A DNA stretch of 64,000 nt, taken from the NCBI GenBank assembly GCA_964252035.1, contig OZ176200.1. One strand, 5' to 3'. Positions within the stretch are counted from its first letter, which is position 1, and each line of letters starts with the position of its first letter. Under the pieces are notes generated by a model. The model searched no databases. It was given only the letters and a program-made list of their open reading frames with translations, and was not told the DNA's origin. Shown in pieces: positions 41,051 through 53,625 of this stretch. Origin of the DNA: Podarcis erhardii. Its lineage: Eukaryota. The position numbers and the translations under genes were made by a program.

Positions 41051-44000
41051 TATGCAAGGAGCCCACTGGTTCACTCCTAGGTAGTTTACAGTGCCAAACA
41101 GCTGGGAATTGGTAAAGGGGCCTGCAGACCATCTGCATGCATTGTACATGCAGCCCTGGCAAGGAGTGCCAGGCAAAGGAACTGGTTCCCTGCTGCTGGT
41201 GCTGCTTGCTAGGTGCTTCAGGTTGAAAGCAAGAGGCAACCAGTTGGTGTGCATGCCCCCTCTGCACCAAGGGCACAGGAGAGAGAGTCCTTATAGGCAG
41301 AATGTAGAAAGAAAAAAGCTGCATGCAAAAACTGCATGACACTGCACTGTAACTGGAAGCCGTGGTTGCTGGGGGGAAGTACTACCTGATACTGACAAAC
41401 AAAAATGGTTAACAGCAGATAAATGTCTAGCTACCACTTACATAATTCCCAAATTCTACTTTTCCTGGAATAGGCTTCAGGCAGCACAGAGTTGGCTATG
41501 AGGCTGTGGAGGGCATTTGCCAAAGAGAGACGATCTCCGTGGGTAAACATGGAACGAAAGCAGGAGGGAGGTATAGATCTGAGCCCCTGTGTGTATGCAT
41601 GCAAGCAAAAATGCCCCAAGTGCTCTGAGTCTATATTCTATATTGGCCAAATCTACTTTCCAACAACACTCCATATAGCAGTTATCTTCACAATGGAGAT
41701 GAGAGCACATTCTGGCATCCAAGGAATGAACTCCATAGAAAATTCTTACAATCTCTGGCTTCTCTCTCTCAGCAGCCGGCTCCTTATTTAAGACGAAAAT
41801 GGCAGTGCAGGCTGCAACAACCATCCCCTCATTAATCTGTGATAATATGTATGTTGTACAAGGGTTGTCACGTACAGCAAAGCAGACGACTTGGAATGGA
41901 GCTTTGGCGAAGCTTACCCAGATTTCTCAGGTGGGAGGCTCCCTGAGGTTAATACTCGTTCAAACAGGACTCTTGTATTATTATCCTCTATTTTAAAAAA
42001 AAAGTATTAAAAAAGAAAGATGAAAACAAGCTTTAAATATATATTTTTTAAAAAACTGGAAATTATGGGGGGGAGACAATATCTTGACATAATTTCAATT
42101 CCTGTGAAAGATGAAAAACCCAATTTGTAACTCCAGCTTCATTATTGCTAAAGTAAACTCAGGGAGAAGAGACACACAGAGAAAAGGCTTTAGAAAAGTC
42201 TCACTTCTACTCTGCAGAAGACACACCCACAAATTACAACTGCAGCTGAGAGGTAGGTATAAAAACACACACTAAAATGAATTAAAACAACCAGAACCAT
42301 AAAATAAGGATTAAATACTCTGTTTAAAAATTGGTGGCAGCAGCAGCAGCACACTTAAGTACTAAACAAGAAGCAGCTGCTTAGGACAATACTGGCCATT
42401 GGTTTTTTTATGCCCTTTGTGTTCTTGCAGGCTGCTGATTTTTCAATCTGAAGTCCTCACTCAAATTAACAGTCTATGGACTGGATGTGAGTTTCCTGCC
42501 TGCAAACAGCAAGACTCCATCCATACACAAAATGTTCCCTGAAAGGTGGTGGTGATGATTTTCACCAGCTGCCCCTTTCCCTTTCGCCAATTGCCCCATA
42601 CCTCCTGTGTTCCTCTGGAGGTTGCTACAAACCCCCAGAACAGATTTTCAGAGGGCTGCAGAGGGAAGAAGAAAATCCCTGCCCACCTTCCCAAAAAGCA
42701 AGTGGAACTCCTCACAGCACAAGTCTGAAGCTAACCCAGTTGAAGAACAGTCGTGAGATTTGACTGTTCTCAGGTGTTGACTTTTAATTTCATCCCCCAA
42801 CGCTCCAGAGAATTTTGATATTGTGGAGGACTTCAGGAAAGAGGAGAGCAAGGGGAGTAGAAATCCACTTGTGCAATGTTGGGTGTCTCCCACTATCATC
42901 CTGATTTTACTGATGGAGAGAAGAGCTGGGGAAATAGCAGCCTGCCTACAATTACTACTGAGTGGGGAGAAATTTGAAGGTTCTCAGCTCACATTCTTAG
43001 CCACAATTCTATACAAATTATCTACATATAAGCTATGCATTACGATGCATCAACATCCATCTACACACTCTTGAAGTTTTCCCCAGCACATTATTGGCTA
43101 AAGACCTGACAAAGCAAGCAGTATGCAAAACAATGAGCAGTGAAGTCCCATCTGCTCACTGATGATATAATGTGGAGGGATGCCACCAATATCAGTGGTA
43201 ACTGAATTCTGAATTTTCACAGGTCCATGCCAAACAAACTGCTCAATTTCAGGTAAAGAAGGTTTTTGTCTTGAAAAAAGTTGTAATCCCAGAGTCCAAT
43301 GTAATGAATTATCCCAGCTCCCAGAACTTACCATTGAGATGAGAAAGATAATCAATATATGCCAAGACGTATTCTGGAATGTCTCCATATTTCTTTAGCC
43401 CCAACTCAAAAATCTTAAAGGCCACTGACTTGTCCTGCAGATTTCAAAATGTTATTAGTTGTAGACAGAAGAATCCAGAGGCTGAAGCAAAAGTTTCATT
43501 CACTGTGTTGCAATAATACCTTGCTGCAATAATACTCCATCAGAGCAGCTGTAACATAGACATGATGACGGGTCCGGGCATCTTCTCGTGCCTTCTTAAA
43601 TATCATCCTGCCTGATTTTATGCCCTCTGCTCGCCTTGCAAACTTCATATACTGAATATATACCTGGAACATATAGGTGGAAAAGGTAGGATCACCTTTA
43701 AGCTGTGACACTGTTTTAAGAAGTCAACACCATATTAAAGATATGGCTTCTAGACCTTGGTTGTGACTCTTGATTTGTTTCAAATGAGACAAAACATGAG
43801 CCCAGGTCTGAATACCATCATAAGCCAAACCATGGTTAGTTCTAAGTAGGGTCACAGCAGCAGAACCAGCAGAGCTGCAGAGAGGCCACACTTTCCCCCC
43901 TCTAAGCAACAGAATGCTTGCTCATTTCTATGTTTGGCTTGCTGTTATTTGTGAGCAAGGCCATTCTTATTGTCAACAACAGTTCTGCTCATAGTTATTT

Positions 44001-47000
44001 TTAATTAAGTGGAAGGTTAGAAACAGATTACAACATGAAATCTTTCAAATTTTACTGAGTCACAAATTATACACGTCAGACATGGCAACACAGCTGAATA
44101 ATGTACAAAAAAAAATTGGAAGAAAAAAGGCAATTGATAACAAAATTTGAAAATGTGACTGACATTATCTATACATTTTCAACCGGAATACTTTAGGAAC
44201 TGATCAAGAGAGATATATAACTTTTTATCCTATAGTCATCTCAACAAGGTGAAACAATGAAGACTAAACATACCAAAGTGGGATCAATATCTTCAATAGC
44301 TAAGAGCCGATTATATATGCTGTGCACCTTCTCATATTTCATCCGACTCTGAGAAAATACAAAAAAAGCCCATGTTTGGTTTAAGTAGTTTATGCTCAAA
44401 ATTATTACCAGCCCTGCTTATTTGAATTTGCCAAGATTAAGTTCTCCAATGAAGATTATGCACAAGAAAGAAAAAGCTGGTTGAACTGGAGATTGAAAGA
44501 ATAATGTCACCTAAGGACTCACCTCTTCATAATCTGCATATGCAAAATAAAGAAGCATGTTCTTTTTTAGTAAAGTGCTGATTGCTCGTTCATAAATATT
44601 TGCAGCTTCATCACTAAACAGTTTAGCATTGTTCATGTCCTGGAATCGAGAAAATATGAGAAAATCAACTAACTGTAGGACTAGTATGAAAAACAAAAAG
44701 AGTTTTCAGTCCTGTGCTCATTAACAGCTCTACAAGAATACTGTAAACCCAAGTGGGTTACCTTGTAGCAAGAACTCAGCAGCTACAATAAAGGATCTTA
44801 TTAGAAACATGTGATTTCACATCACATGCTAATTGTAAAAATTGAATATAGTTTAGCAACATGGTAAATTCAGAATACTTAATTATTTTTATGGACTTGG
44901 TATTTTTATTTTCTATTTTAAAGATCTCCCACAATTTAAAAATGGGATGATATATTTTTGCATATGATCCCATACAACTTTGATAGAATTAACCACTTCA
45001 TTGTCAAATAACAAGGTCCCACAAAACAAACAAATGAAAAGATAGGCTGGTCCAGATTAAATTAGCTGAATTTAGTTGTCACTGAAATCATGACTTGCCT
45101 TAATCATGTCTAACTTCACACTGATCTCAATGGACCCAAGTTCAACTCATTTAGTTTAGTACCAATTATAAATATGTTGAAATGCTGTACATAAAATGCA
45201 GTATTTCTTACTGTCTTCTCTTACCCCTTTCTCAGCTAGTAGTTTGCTGGATTGCTCGAGATATTGTGCAGCTTCATACCAAATATCTGGATGATGTCCC
45301 AGCACCAACAGGCATTGTTCATATGCAAACATCACTATGGGAAGACATTGAAACAAGATAGATTCCTAATGGGTGGAACCTTACAAGCTGAATCACTACC
45401 AATGATTCACAAATGTAACTAAAAATGCAGGTCTCTTAAAGAGCCAGCCACATGATCTCAAGAGCCGCCCTCTTCAATTCTATGCCCTATCAACATCTTT
45501 AGAGATTTCCAGATATATAATTCCTGGCCCCTCTCCAGCTAATAAAATGCTGACTTTGAAACTGTTGGTGGTCAAAAAACGCTGAGCTCTGTCCTCACAG
45601 GAAAGTCTCATTATACATGCCCTTGAATGGCAAAAGGACCAACGTCATGTTTTCTTTATAAGATTCCAAATGTTTTTGCACCCTAAGCCATGGGAGCTTG
45701 TGACTACTGTTTCAAGAGGCACCAACAGGTTCCTTTTGGAAATTATCTACCTATGGAGTGCTAGGAATATCTAAGTAGAAACTTTTCTTTCTGGAGAAAA
45801 GCAAAGTTCAACGAGGTAAAGGTAAAGGGACCCCTGACCATTAGGTCTAGTCACGGACAACACTGGGGTTGCGGTGCTCATCTCGCTTTATTGGCCGAGG
45901 GAGCCAGCGTTTGTCCGCAGGCAGTTTTTCCAGGTCATGTGGCCAGCATGACTAAGCCGCTTCTGGCGAACTAGAGCAGTGCATGGAAATGCCATTTACC
46001 TTCCCGCCGGGGCGGTCCCTATTTATCTACTTGCACTTTGACATGCTTTCGAACTGCTAGGTGGGCAGGAGCAGGGACCGAGCAACGGGAGCTCACCCCT
46101 TCGCGTGGATTTGAACCGCCGACCTTCTGATTGGCAAGCCCTAGGCTCTAACCCACAGCGCCACCTGCGCCCCATATGCCCACGGCAATCAATGGGATTT
46201 AAGTACACAGTCCAGGCAGCTAGGTTTGTATAGTTTGTAAGAGTGCTGCACCCCAAAGTAACATCAGCACGACTTAATTACTATGGTTATCTTTGCACTA
46301 TTTCTAAGGAGCACAACAAAAATGTACAGTCACCTCTCTTTGTTATAAGGGTTTGGTCTTCAGTACGTAAAGGGTTGCTCTTTTCCCACTGAATATATTT
46401 CTTCCACATGTCTACCTGCTGAGCTTCTTGGGGAGTATTTTGGGGTGGGACCGAAGGAGCATTGCGGTCCAGACCTTTCATCACAGTTTCATATTCCTGA
46501 AGAGACAGGAAGAAACAGAGAAGAGGTTTCGTTAAGGTGGGCTTTGAAACAAAACTTTATATTAAAGTTACTCCTTTTTTCAACTCCACTTAGTAATCTG
46601 CTGCAGCTCAAGCATGCAACAAATATTCATGCTGTATTAAATCAAGACAAAAGAGGAACAAAACAACCGGGAGCCTGTACCTTAGCCACACGTCTAGCGT
46701 TCATATAATCTCTACTGCGATCTTCAATCATTTTCTTAGCTAAGTGGATGTTTATTCCCTGGAAGACAGAAAACAAGAAGTGAAGCCCTGCTCAGGACCA
46801 CTGTGGGCTTGCAGTCCCATGCATGCTTCCTCATTTGTAAGCATCATGGAACTCACTGAGACTTAGATAGCATTAATCAACATAGAATTGCACTGGAAAG
46901 CTGTCACTTTGTACTTATCCCCATGTAAGTGGTGAAATAAAAGCTGGGCTGCTGTGGGGGTTTCTGGATACACAGCACCCCTGTGTGAGAAAGGGAGGAC

Positions 47001-50000
47001 TCCCAGGAACATCGAAGGGGGAACTAGCTGCCTGCTGCTGCCTGCTTCCCAGTGGGACTCCAGAGCTTTCTTGCCTCCGGAAGCCCTGACTTGGCAGCTC
47101 CCAGCAACACCTGAAACTTCACTCCCAGCTGGGCATTTAGCTGGGCTGGTGGAATAAAAGCTGGGCTCCCTTTGGGAAGAGCCACTTCAGTGGGAGAGCA
47201 AAGACAAGGGATGCCCCCTTAACACTGTCTGCTGTGGGGTCGGCCTTACTCTGATTGTTTTTATTCTTCTAAGTGTTTGGGCTTTTTTATTTATAGCACC
47301 AATCCTGGCCTGACCACACTAGCTGCCAATTGGTTTCCGGGCCCAATTCAAAGTGCTTGTTTTGACCTATAAAGCCTTAAATCAGGCTTCCTCAAACTCG
47401 GCCCTCCATATGTTTTTTTGGCCTACAACTCCCATGATCCCTAGCTAGCAGGACCAGTGGTCAGGGATGATGGGAACTGTAGTCTCAAAACATCTGGAGG
47501 GTCAAGTTTAAGGAAGCCTGTCTTAAATGGCTCAAGACAGAATACCTCAAGGACTGCCTCAGTCCTTGCAATCATCACCTGAGGCCCTTCTTTGTGTGCT
47601 TCCTCCACAAGAGGTCTGGAGGATGGAACTTGAGAACAGGCTTTTTCTGCAGTGGCTCCCTGTTTTTGGGACGCTGTCCCCACGAAGCCTTGCCTGGCAC
47701 CTTCATTACGTATCTTTAGGCACGTGCCGGAAACATTCTTCTTCTCCCAGGCCTTTGGCTGATTAAGCAATCTATGACATTTTCAACAATGTGTGTGGAG
47801 GGGTTATTGTTATTGTTATTATGTTATATACAATTTTATTCTACAGTTTTATTCTGCTAGAGAAAATGGGAAAACACTTGTCATTTGGATTAGGGTCCGG
47901 CTCAAAGAGGGTAAAGTTGCTGTTTCAGTAGGAGACAATCCTATGTTCTGCAGCCCAGTGGTATTAAGCATATACAATCATAGAATTTTATAGTTGGAAG
48001 AGATGCCAAGGATCATCTAGGCCAACCCCCCGCAATGCAGGAATCCCAATTAAAGTATCCATGAAATGATAGGCACAGATCTCCCAAGTCAGTGAACTGG
48101 AGCTCCTCGTTCTCTTGTTCCTGGCACTGGGAGATGGTCCTTCCCACTGTACAAAGAACACCATCAGATGAAGAATCTAAAGATGGCTGGAGGACCCAGG
48201 ATCTTTAAGGCAATGGGAGTAGCCTCATCCACCTAGAATTGGGGCAAAAGTGTACAGGCAAACAAACAAAAAGTCCCAGCAATTTTGAGAGGCAGGTTTG
48301 TGCTGCTTACACAAAAAGACTTTATTGTCCTGCTCCTTCTGTCCACCCTTCACAATGTTTTTCAGAGGTCTACACTTGAAATACTCAGAAAGGGCCTTGC
48401 AGAGAGCCTATTCAAGTAACCTCACTGCTGCAGGTCAAGGAAAATAGCTAAATCTTGTTTGAACATCAGGCATCTTTTTATTTACCTCTTCATATTTGTT
48501 ATAATCTCGCCAGAGTTGCTCGATGTTGATCATTGGGTTCACACAGCCCCGTTGATATACCCTGCGCACAGCAGTTATCCTCTGGTTTTCTGCATAGGAT
48601 CCTACTGCTTCACTAAATTGTGAGGCAAGACAGTAACATACCAGCAATTACATACTGCAACCTGTACGAATATTAACACTGCATTAATTAAGATAGAAGG
48701 CAGATTTTTGTACTTACACGCCTTTCAAAAAATTGATGTAATCCACCCAGATCTAATGTAAAAATATATAGAATCAGAGCAGTGAACATTTAATCAAACA
48801 CCACAAATAAATATTCAATGTGAAAAGAAACATACCTGGTACGACATTATTTCCATGCCAATTTTATCCAGAGCAAAGTCATATGCCTGAGCCATTTTTT
48901 CTCTGGAGGAAAAAACATACACTATTAGAGCCACATGGTAAAATTACTATTAAAATTACAAAAATTACAGTTTTAAACTACAATCTTAATAAGCAGTGCC
49001 CAGCCTAGTGATAACAGAACAAATTATGCAAGGAGGGAGCTGCAGTCTAAGATAAAAAAGAGGTGGTAAGGGAGCATCTAGCTATTTTAGAAGAATTCAA
49101 ATCTCCAGGGGTGAGAGAAGACCAAGGTAATTACTGGCTGGTCAGCTTGATGTTGATAGCAGAAAAGGTCCTAGAACAGACAATGGTTGGTCTGTGAGGA
49201 CTTAGAAAAGGATACCAGATGAATCTCATTTCACTTGGTAGATCAGGGGAATACTGTGGACGTAGTGTATCTTGATTTGAGTAAGCTTTTTAACAGTCCC
49301 CCATGATATTCTTGTGGAGAAGCTAGTAAAATGTGGGCTGGATGAGATAAGTGTTAGGTGGATTTGTAGCTGGTTGACTTAACCAAAGCTCACTAATGGT
49401 TCCTCATCATCCTTTTAATATTTTGAAAGAAATGCAATACATGCCTGCTTATATGAGGGGATACTATCCTGTAAATGTTGCTCTTATTGTTCTTTCTCTG
49501 GGTTTAAATAACTGGTTTTGTTTTTAGTTGTACAACCCTTGTTGTTGTTAAGCTTCTTACATGGGATGTGATTGGAAAAAATACTTAAGAGAGTAAATTA
49601 AAATGGCACTAGGCATGGTTTGTTGTGGCACTGTGCTGCTCTGACTATAGAATTCTCTCCCTAAAAGTGCAGATGGTAAGAACTTAGTTAGGTTTCTAGT
49701 GCCAAGTGAAAGCATACTTGTACTTTCTGGCTTTGGGAGGAAATTAGCAGAGATTACGCAAAGTCTCAGGTTTGTCCTGCTCTGACCATTGGCCTCTTAG
49801 TGATTGTATTTTATTGCTGTTTTAGGTTTATGATGTAATTTTATATTATTTGAGAACTTGCCCTGTAATTGCTGTCAGTGATGAAGAGCAGTCTAGAAAT
49901 TTCGTAAATAAATCAAATAAACAAAACTTGTCAATGGGAGGGGAATCAGAAACAGCTGTGACGATTACGCCTTCTTTGGATTACTAGATCAGTGGAAAAA

Positions 50001-52784
50001 AGCAACAGATCCTTCTGATATCTTGTGTAAGGCTGCTTCAGAAGTGCCACTTTGTTCGCAAATGAAGTTTAATAATCAACTGGAAGGAATCAAGAGGCAT
50101 GTATACAACGACAAAGAACACCATGTAGGAGTCAGTGCTGACCCAAGTTTATGGCACTAGGCCATCTAGGACAACATTCTATGTTGGGTGTCCCCACGTG
50201 ACCCCCACTGGAGCCAACCCTTTTAAATGTCTTGCTGAACCTTTCAGGCATCAGTTCCTGCCTTTACCAACTCCTGTCTTGGTGGAGGTTGCTTCACCTT
50301 GCTACATTGGCAGGTCTACATTGGCAGTATTTGTCTAATTATTACTTTAAATGAGAAGCTAACTTGGGAGACTGTGATCCTGCTTCAGCATCCTTAACTG
50401 AAAAAGGAATTAGATTGCAATAAAAAAAGAAGCTAACACAAACAGCATTTACTTACTTATAACTAGGTAGCTTCCCTTTGGTTTCTCGCACATACGAAAG
50501 GTAGCACTTCCATAAGTCAATGTGTAAAACTTTCATAAGGCACCTCTGAAACAGCTAGTCACATTGAAGAAAAACAACAACAGGAATCCATGAATAGACA
50601 TCAGGAGGCACTTTGGAGCTTGAACAAACAAACTAAGGTTCAGTCTGCATTCCTTTTAAAACAGACAGGCACAGTCTCAGGAATAACAGCCAAGTCTTAA
50701 TGTAAAGGTAAGGATGCTGTCAGAACTGTGAAATGCACAAGAACCTTGCAATTCATGCATCCTATGTTTGGCATAGTGGTGTACCTCTGTTTTGACATTG
50801 CCATTTTACACATATTGAAGCACAGATAAATTCAGATAAACCTCTGAATTACTGTGTGTAGGAGCAGTAAATAAACTTTGGATCACAGCTGAAATGACTA
50901 AGTGGGACTGGGAAATATGAGCATAACAGCAGATGAGCATACAAGGAGGGATGACTTTACTAAGTGGTTCATCCATTTATCTGAGTGGTTTAAAACCTGT
51001 TCTGGAGAGAGTTGCATTCCCCCTAAAGCAAGGATTGAGGCAGATAAAACTGCTGCTGCAAAGGAATGATCAGGAGCCCTAAAAGTGTGCTCCCAATTGT
51101 TCTTTGGTAAGTGGTGCTTTAAAAATTTCATAATAAATGGATCAACTGGGATTGGTTTCACTTGTGAGCTCCAAAACAGAGCTCCTGACTCTGAGTGCAG
51201 ACAAAGCCTGTGGTAGAAACTTTTGTAACCCCATCTTGAACTCAAACCAGGATTGGAAAGAAAGAATAATCCTTTTCAGCTCCATCTTAAGCAAAAGTCA
51301 GGCTGCAAAGGAAGAAGGGAAAAATCAAGAGCACACTTCTCAGTCAGCTTTGAATCTTCCTTTGAAATCTGAATCATCCAATGTCATATATAACATCAGG
51401 TGATTGACAAGTAGGCATTCCTCCTACCTGTAAGAAGTGGCCCATGGAGGGCAGACCAAAGCCAGCTTTTGAGGCTTGTAGTTTGGGCTGCTCCTAGATC
51501 TATCATGTCACTGAATGCAGAGGTGGCCTCAGTGGCACAGAGTGCCTTTTATTAGCTGAAGGTGACATATCAACTGCAATCTTACCTAGACAGACAGCTG
51601 TGCTTTGGTAACCTCCCATTTGGATTACTGCAATATGTGAGGCTGCCTTGAAAAATTCTGCGGGTCCAATATAGGGTAGCAAGATCACAAACTGGGACTA
51701 GTGATTCTGATCATACTATGCCGGTACTTTGCCATCTACACTAGCTTCCAGTCCATTTCCAGGCTCAATTCGTAACACTGCTGTAAAATTTTGAGGTCCT
51801 AAGTGGCTTGGGGCCTGGTTACCCAAGGGATTCCCTCCACCCATTCTTATCCTATAATTTCTTCAGAGACCTTTCCCAGGATGCCCCTTGCCAAGTGAGT
51901 GAAGCAGCCTCATGTGATATAGTGAATGAAATGGCCTTTTCAAAGGTGGCACCCCCACTGTGGAATGTCCCTTCCCTTTCCTTCATGAGGGCAAAAATAC
52001 AGACTCAATTCATACTTAATGGTAGTTCCCTTATGAGTGCCACAAGAATGTGAGCTCGCAGACTGGCATCACTCACACAGAGGCGGTGTCTGGCATCTCC
52101 ATGTGGGAAATGTTTGTGTAGTTGCTACAATTTGCATGAGTGTAGTACAGGCACCCCCAACCTTCGGTCCTCCAGATGTTTTGGATTACAATTCCCATAA
52201 TCCCTGACCACTGGTCCTGTTAGCTAGGGATCATGGGAGTTGTAGGCCAAAACATCTGGAGGGCCACAGATTGGGGATGCCTGGTGTAGTATCTTGAAAA
52301 GGGCTTGCCAGATTGCATCAATCGTGGTGGCTACATAGACAGTATCCATATGGAGGGCAGAGAACCCCATGTGGTTCTCACAAATGGCACCTGCATGTAA
52401 GTACTTTTGAAGTCACAAGGCTAGGGGCAGCCCAACCTCTTTTTGAGGTACTCACATGGGAGTCACCACTAGGCCATGACCCCAAAACCTTCTTGTGGAA
52501 AATGGGTCTTCAAGCAGATGTTAGAAATGGGAAGGGGTGTGTGTCTCTTCCTCTTTCCAAGTTTCTTGCCTTTTGCCACAAAGTGGCAGACACTTTATAC
52601 TCAATTTCCAAGGCAAATGCTAGCACAAATTAGCTGTTTGCAAGCTTAAGACTGACTTCTCCACATCACTTAACAAAGGAGAATAGATGATCCATGTATT
52701 TATTCTTCCTTCCAAATCTATTTAAAATATAGGGCATACTTATACACTCACCTTTTCTACTTTGTCATAGTTTTTTGCTTTTAT
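36722..52784 (-). CDS. CSTF3: Cleavage stimulation factor subunit 3 (CstF-77), exons 4-21; complement join(52752..52784,50457..50554,48836..48902,48718..48752,48486..48612,46681..46758,46334..46496,45225..45334,44523..44639,44274..44348,43520..43663,43332..43434,41918..41987,40317..40512,38915..39068,38505..38599,38297..38357,36722..36924)
   Basis: 1929 nt = 642 aa + stop, in frame throughout; HAT-repeat peptides nearly identical to recalled CstF-77, ending [16 protein letters not shown]; with the 225 coding nt of human exons 1-3 this gives the 717-aa human length. Confidence 0.97.
37528..37667. mobile_element. hAT-type MITE (CAGTGCTTTTTTT termini)
   Basis: TIR cagtgctttttt / aaaaaaacactg; perfect 8-bp TSD tctaaagg at 37520-37527 and 37668-37675. 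Confidence 0.85.
38297..38357 (-). CDS. CSTF3: CSTF3 exon 20
   Basis: [20 protein letters not shown]; cag / gtaagt. Confidence 0.96.
38505..38599 (-). CDS. CSTF3: CSTF3 exon 19
   Basis: [31 protein letters not shown]; tag / gttggt. Confidence 0.96.
38915..39068 (-). CDS. CSTF3: CSTF3 exon 18
   Basis: [18 protein letters not shown]...[10 protein letters not shown]; cag / gtaagc. Confidence 0.96.
39845..40027 (+). mobile_element. CR1 LINE 3' end
   Basis: ends cttccaactctgtgattctgtgat (CR1 ATTCTRTG tail). Confidence 0.8.
40317..40512 (-). CDS. CSTF3: CSTF3 exon 17
   Basis: [16 protein letters not shown]...ELKALGYK; cag / gtatgg. Confidence 0.96.
40999..41050 (+). repeat. compound microsatellite (GC)8(TC)9(AC)9
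   Basis: seen directly. Confidence 0.92.
41918..41987 (-). CDS. CSTF3: CSTF3 exon 16
   Basis: [22 protein letters not shown]; tag / gtaagc. Confidence 0.96.
43332..43434 (-). CDS. CSTF3: CSTF3 exon 15
   Basis: [34 protein letters not shown]; cag / gtaagt. Confidence 0.96.
43520..43663 (-). CDS. CSTF3: CSTF3 exon 14
   Basis: [18 protein letters not shown]...LMEYYCSK; cag / gtatta. Confidence 0.96.
44274..44348 (-). CDS. CSTF3: CSTF3 exon 13
   Basis: [25 protein letters not shown]; cag / gtatgt. Confidence 0.96.
44523..44639 (-). CDS. CSTF3: CSTF3 exon 12
   Basis: [39 protein letters not shown]; cag / gtgagt. Confidence 0.96.
45225..45334 (-). CDS. CSTF3: CSTF3 exon 11
   Basis: [36 protein letters not shown]; tag / gtaaga. 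Confidence 0.96.
45814..46172 (-). mobile_element. Sauria SINE, full length
   Basis: Reverse complement of the 24470 copy; head gggcgcaggtggcgctg, (ACCTTT)n tail. Confidence 0.92.
46334..46496 (-). CDS. CSTF3: CSTF3 exon 10
   Basis: [19 protein letters not shown]...EDQTLITKR; cag / gtgact. Confidence 0.96.
46681..46758 (-). CDS. CSTF3: CSTF3 exon 9
   Basis: [26 protein letters not shown]; cag / gtacag. Confidence 0.96.
47296..47830 (+). mobile_element. L2-type LINE 3' region, interrupted by a hAT MITE
   Basis: ctgccaattggtttccgggcccaattcaaagtgct..tttgacctataaagccttaaat..tacctcaaggac typical of squamate L2 3' ends (recalled). Confidence 0.7.
47383..47520. mobile_element. palindromic hAT-type MITE
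   Basis: TIR caggcttcct / aggaagcctg; 8-bp TSD ccttaaat / tcttaaat; internal actacaactccc..gggarytgtagt palindrome. Confidence 0.88.
47977..48049 (-). mobile_element. CR1 LINE 3' tail fragment
   Basis: atcatagaatt..agttggaagag..atcatctaggccaacccc. Confidence 0.75.
48486..48612 (-). CDS. CSTF3: CSTF3 exon 8
   Basis: [42 protein letters not shown]; tag / gtaaat. Confidence 0.96.
48718..48752 (-). CDS. CSTF3: CSTF3 exon 7
   Basis: [11 protein letters not shown]; tag / gtaagt; 35 nt. Confidence 0.95.
48836..48902 (-). CDS. CSTF3: CSTF3 exon 6
   Basis: [22 protein letters not shown]; cag / gtatgt. Confidence 0.96.
49030..49412 (+). mobile_element. CR1 LINE RT fragment (degenerate)
   Basis: reads [38 protein letters not shown] across frameshifts. 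Confidence 0.82.
50457..50554 (-). CDS. CSTF3: CSTF3 exon 5
   Basis: [32 protein letters not shown]; tag / gtaagt. Confidence 0.96.
52148..52283. mobile_element. palindromic hAT-type MITE, same family as 47383, opposite orientation
   Basis: TIR caggcacccc / ggggatgcctg; perfect 8-bp TSD gtgtagta at 52140-52147 and 52284-52291. Confidence 0.88.
52752..52784 (-). CDS. CSTF3: CSTF3 exon 4
   Basis: [11 protein letters not shown]; cag / gtgagt; 33 nt; intron 3 runs past the window end. Confidence 0.95.
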
Positions 52785-53504
52785 CTGTAAAACAAACAAA
52801 ACTCAAACGGTTAGGTCAATCTTGCACTAAAGAAGTAAAAGCATTCTATATTATTATTTAAGTCAGGATGGGGAACCTCCAGCTCGTGGTCTCTTAAGAC
52901 TCCTTTGAGCTCCTCCCCACACAGGCACTACTCAGCTAACCCTCAAGTGCTTTTGCTTGGAATGTGTCCTTCAATTACGACTAATAGTTTAGGCGTGTGT
53001 ATGCATTCCTGGCTTCTGTGTGGCTGATACGTAGCCTACTGCACCAAGTTAAGAATTTCATTTGTTGCCCCCCACACTTTTGCCTCTCCCCACTGCCCCT
53101 CCAAGCACTGGCCTGCCACCTCCAGAGATTGCCTATGAGAATGTAGTCCTTGGGGTGAGGGTTCTGCACCCTGATCTAGCTTCAGTCGGTTTGGTGTTCT
53201 AGGTCTTCCATTTCATCATTAACTGCAAAATATTCTTCAACTTGATGAATCCCGCACCACCACCTTTTTAAAGGATAATACTGCTTTCCCTGAAACAGCT
53301 GGAACTCTTCTTACGAACAAGACATAAACCACTTACATACTAAAAACCCTTTATGTGCATTTCATTCGGTATGGAGTTGGTTTTGATAACATTTATGTAT
53401 GTCTAGCTATGTGTTTGATGCAATACTTCTTGCACAAGCAGCAATCAAAGCTTGCCAAAAATGAATGCTTTACCTAAAGCTTACAGGGCACCCATTTATG
53501 GCAG

Positions 53505-53625
53505 TAAGAACACAAGAGCCTGCTGCATCAAGCCAGTGGCCCATCAAGTCCAGCACCCTGTTCTCACAGTGGCCAACCAGATGCCAGTAGGAAGCTGGAA
53601 GGTAGGACCTGAGTTCAAGAGCACT
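53505..53625 (-). mobile_element. CR1-type 3' tail fragment
   Basis: taagaac..agagcctgctg..atcaagccagtggcccatc.agtccagca..ctgttctcacagtggccaaccagatgcc. Confidence 0.7.
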
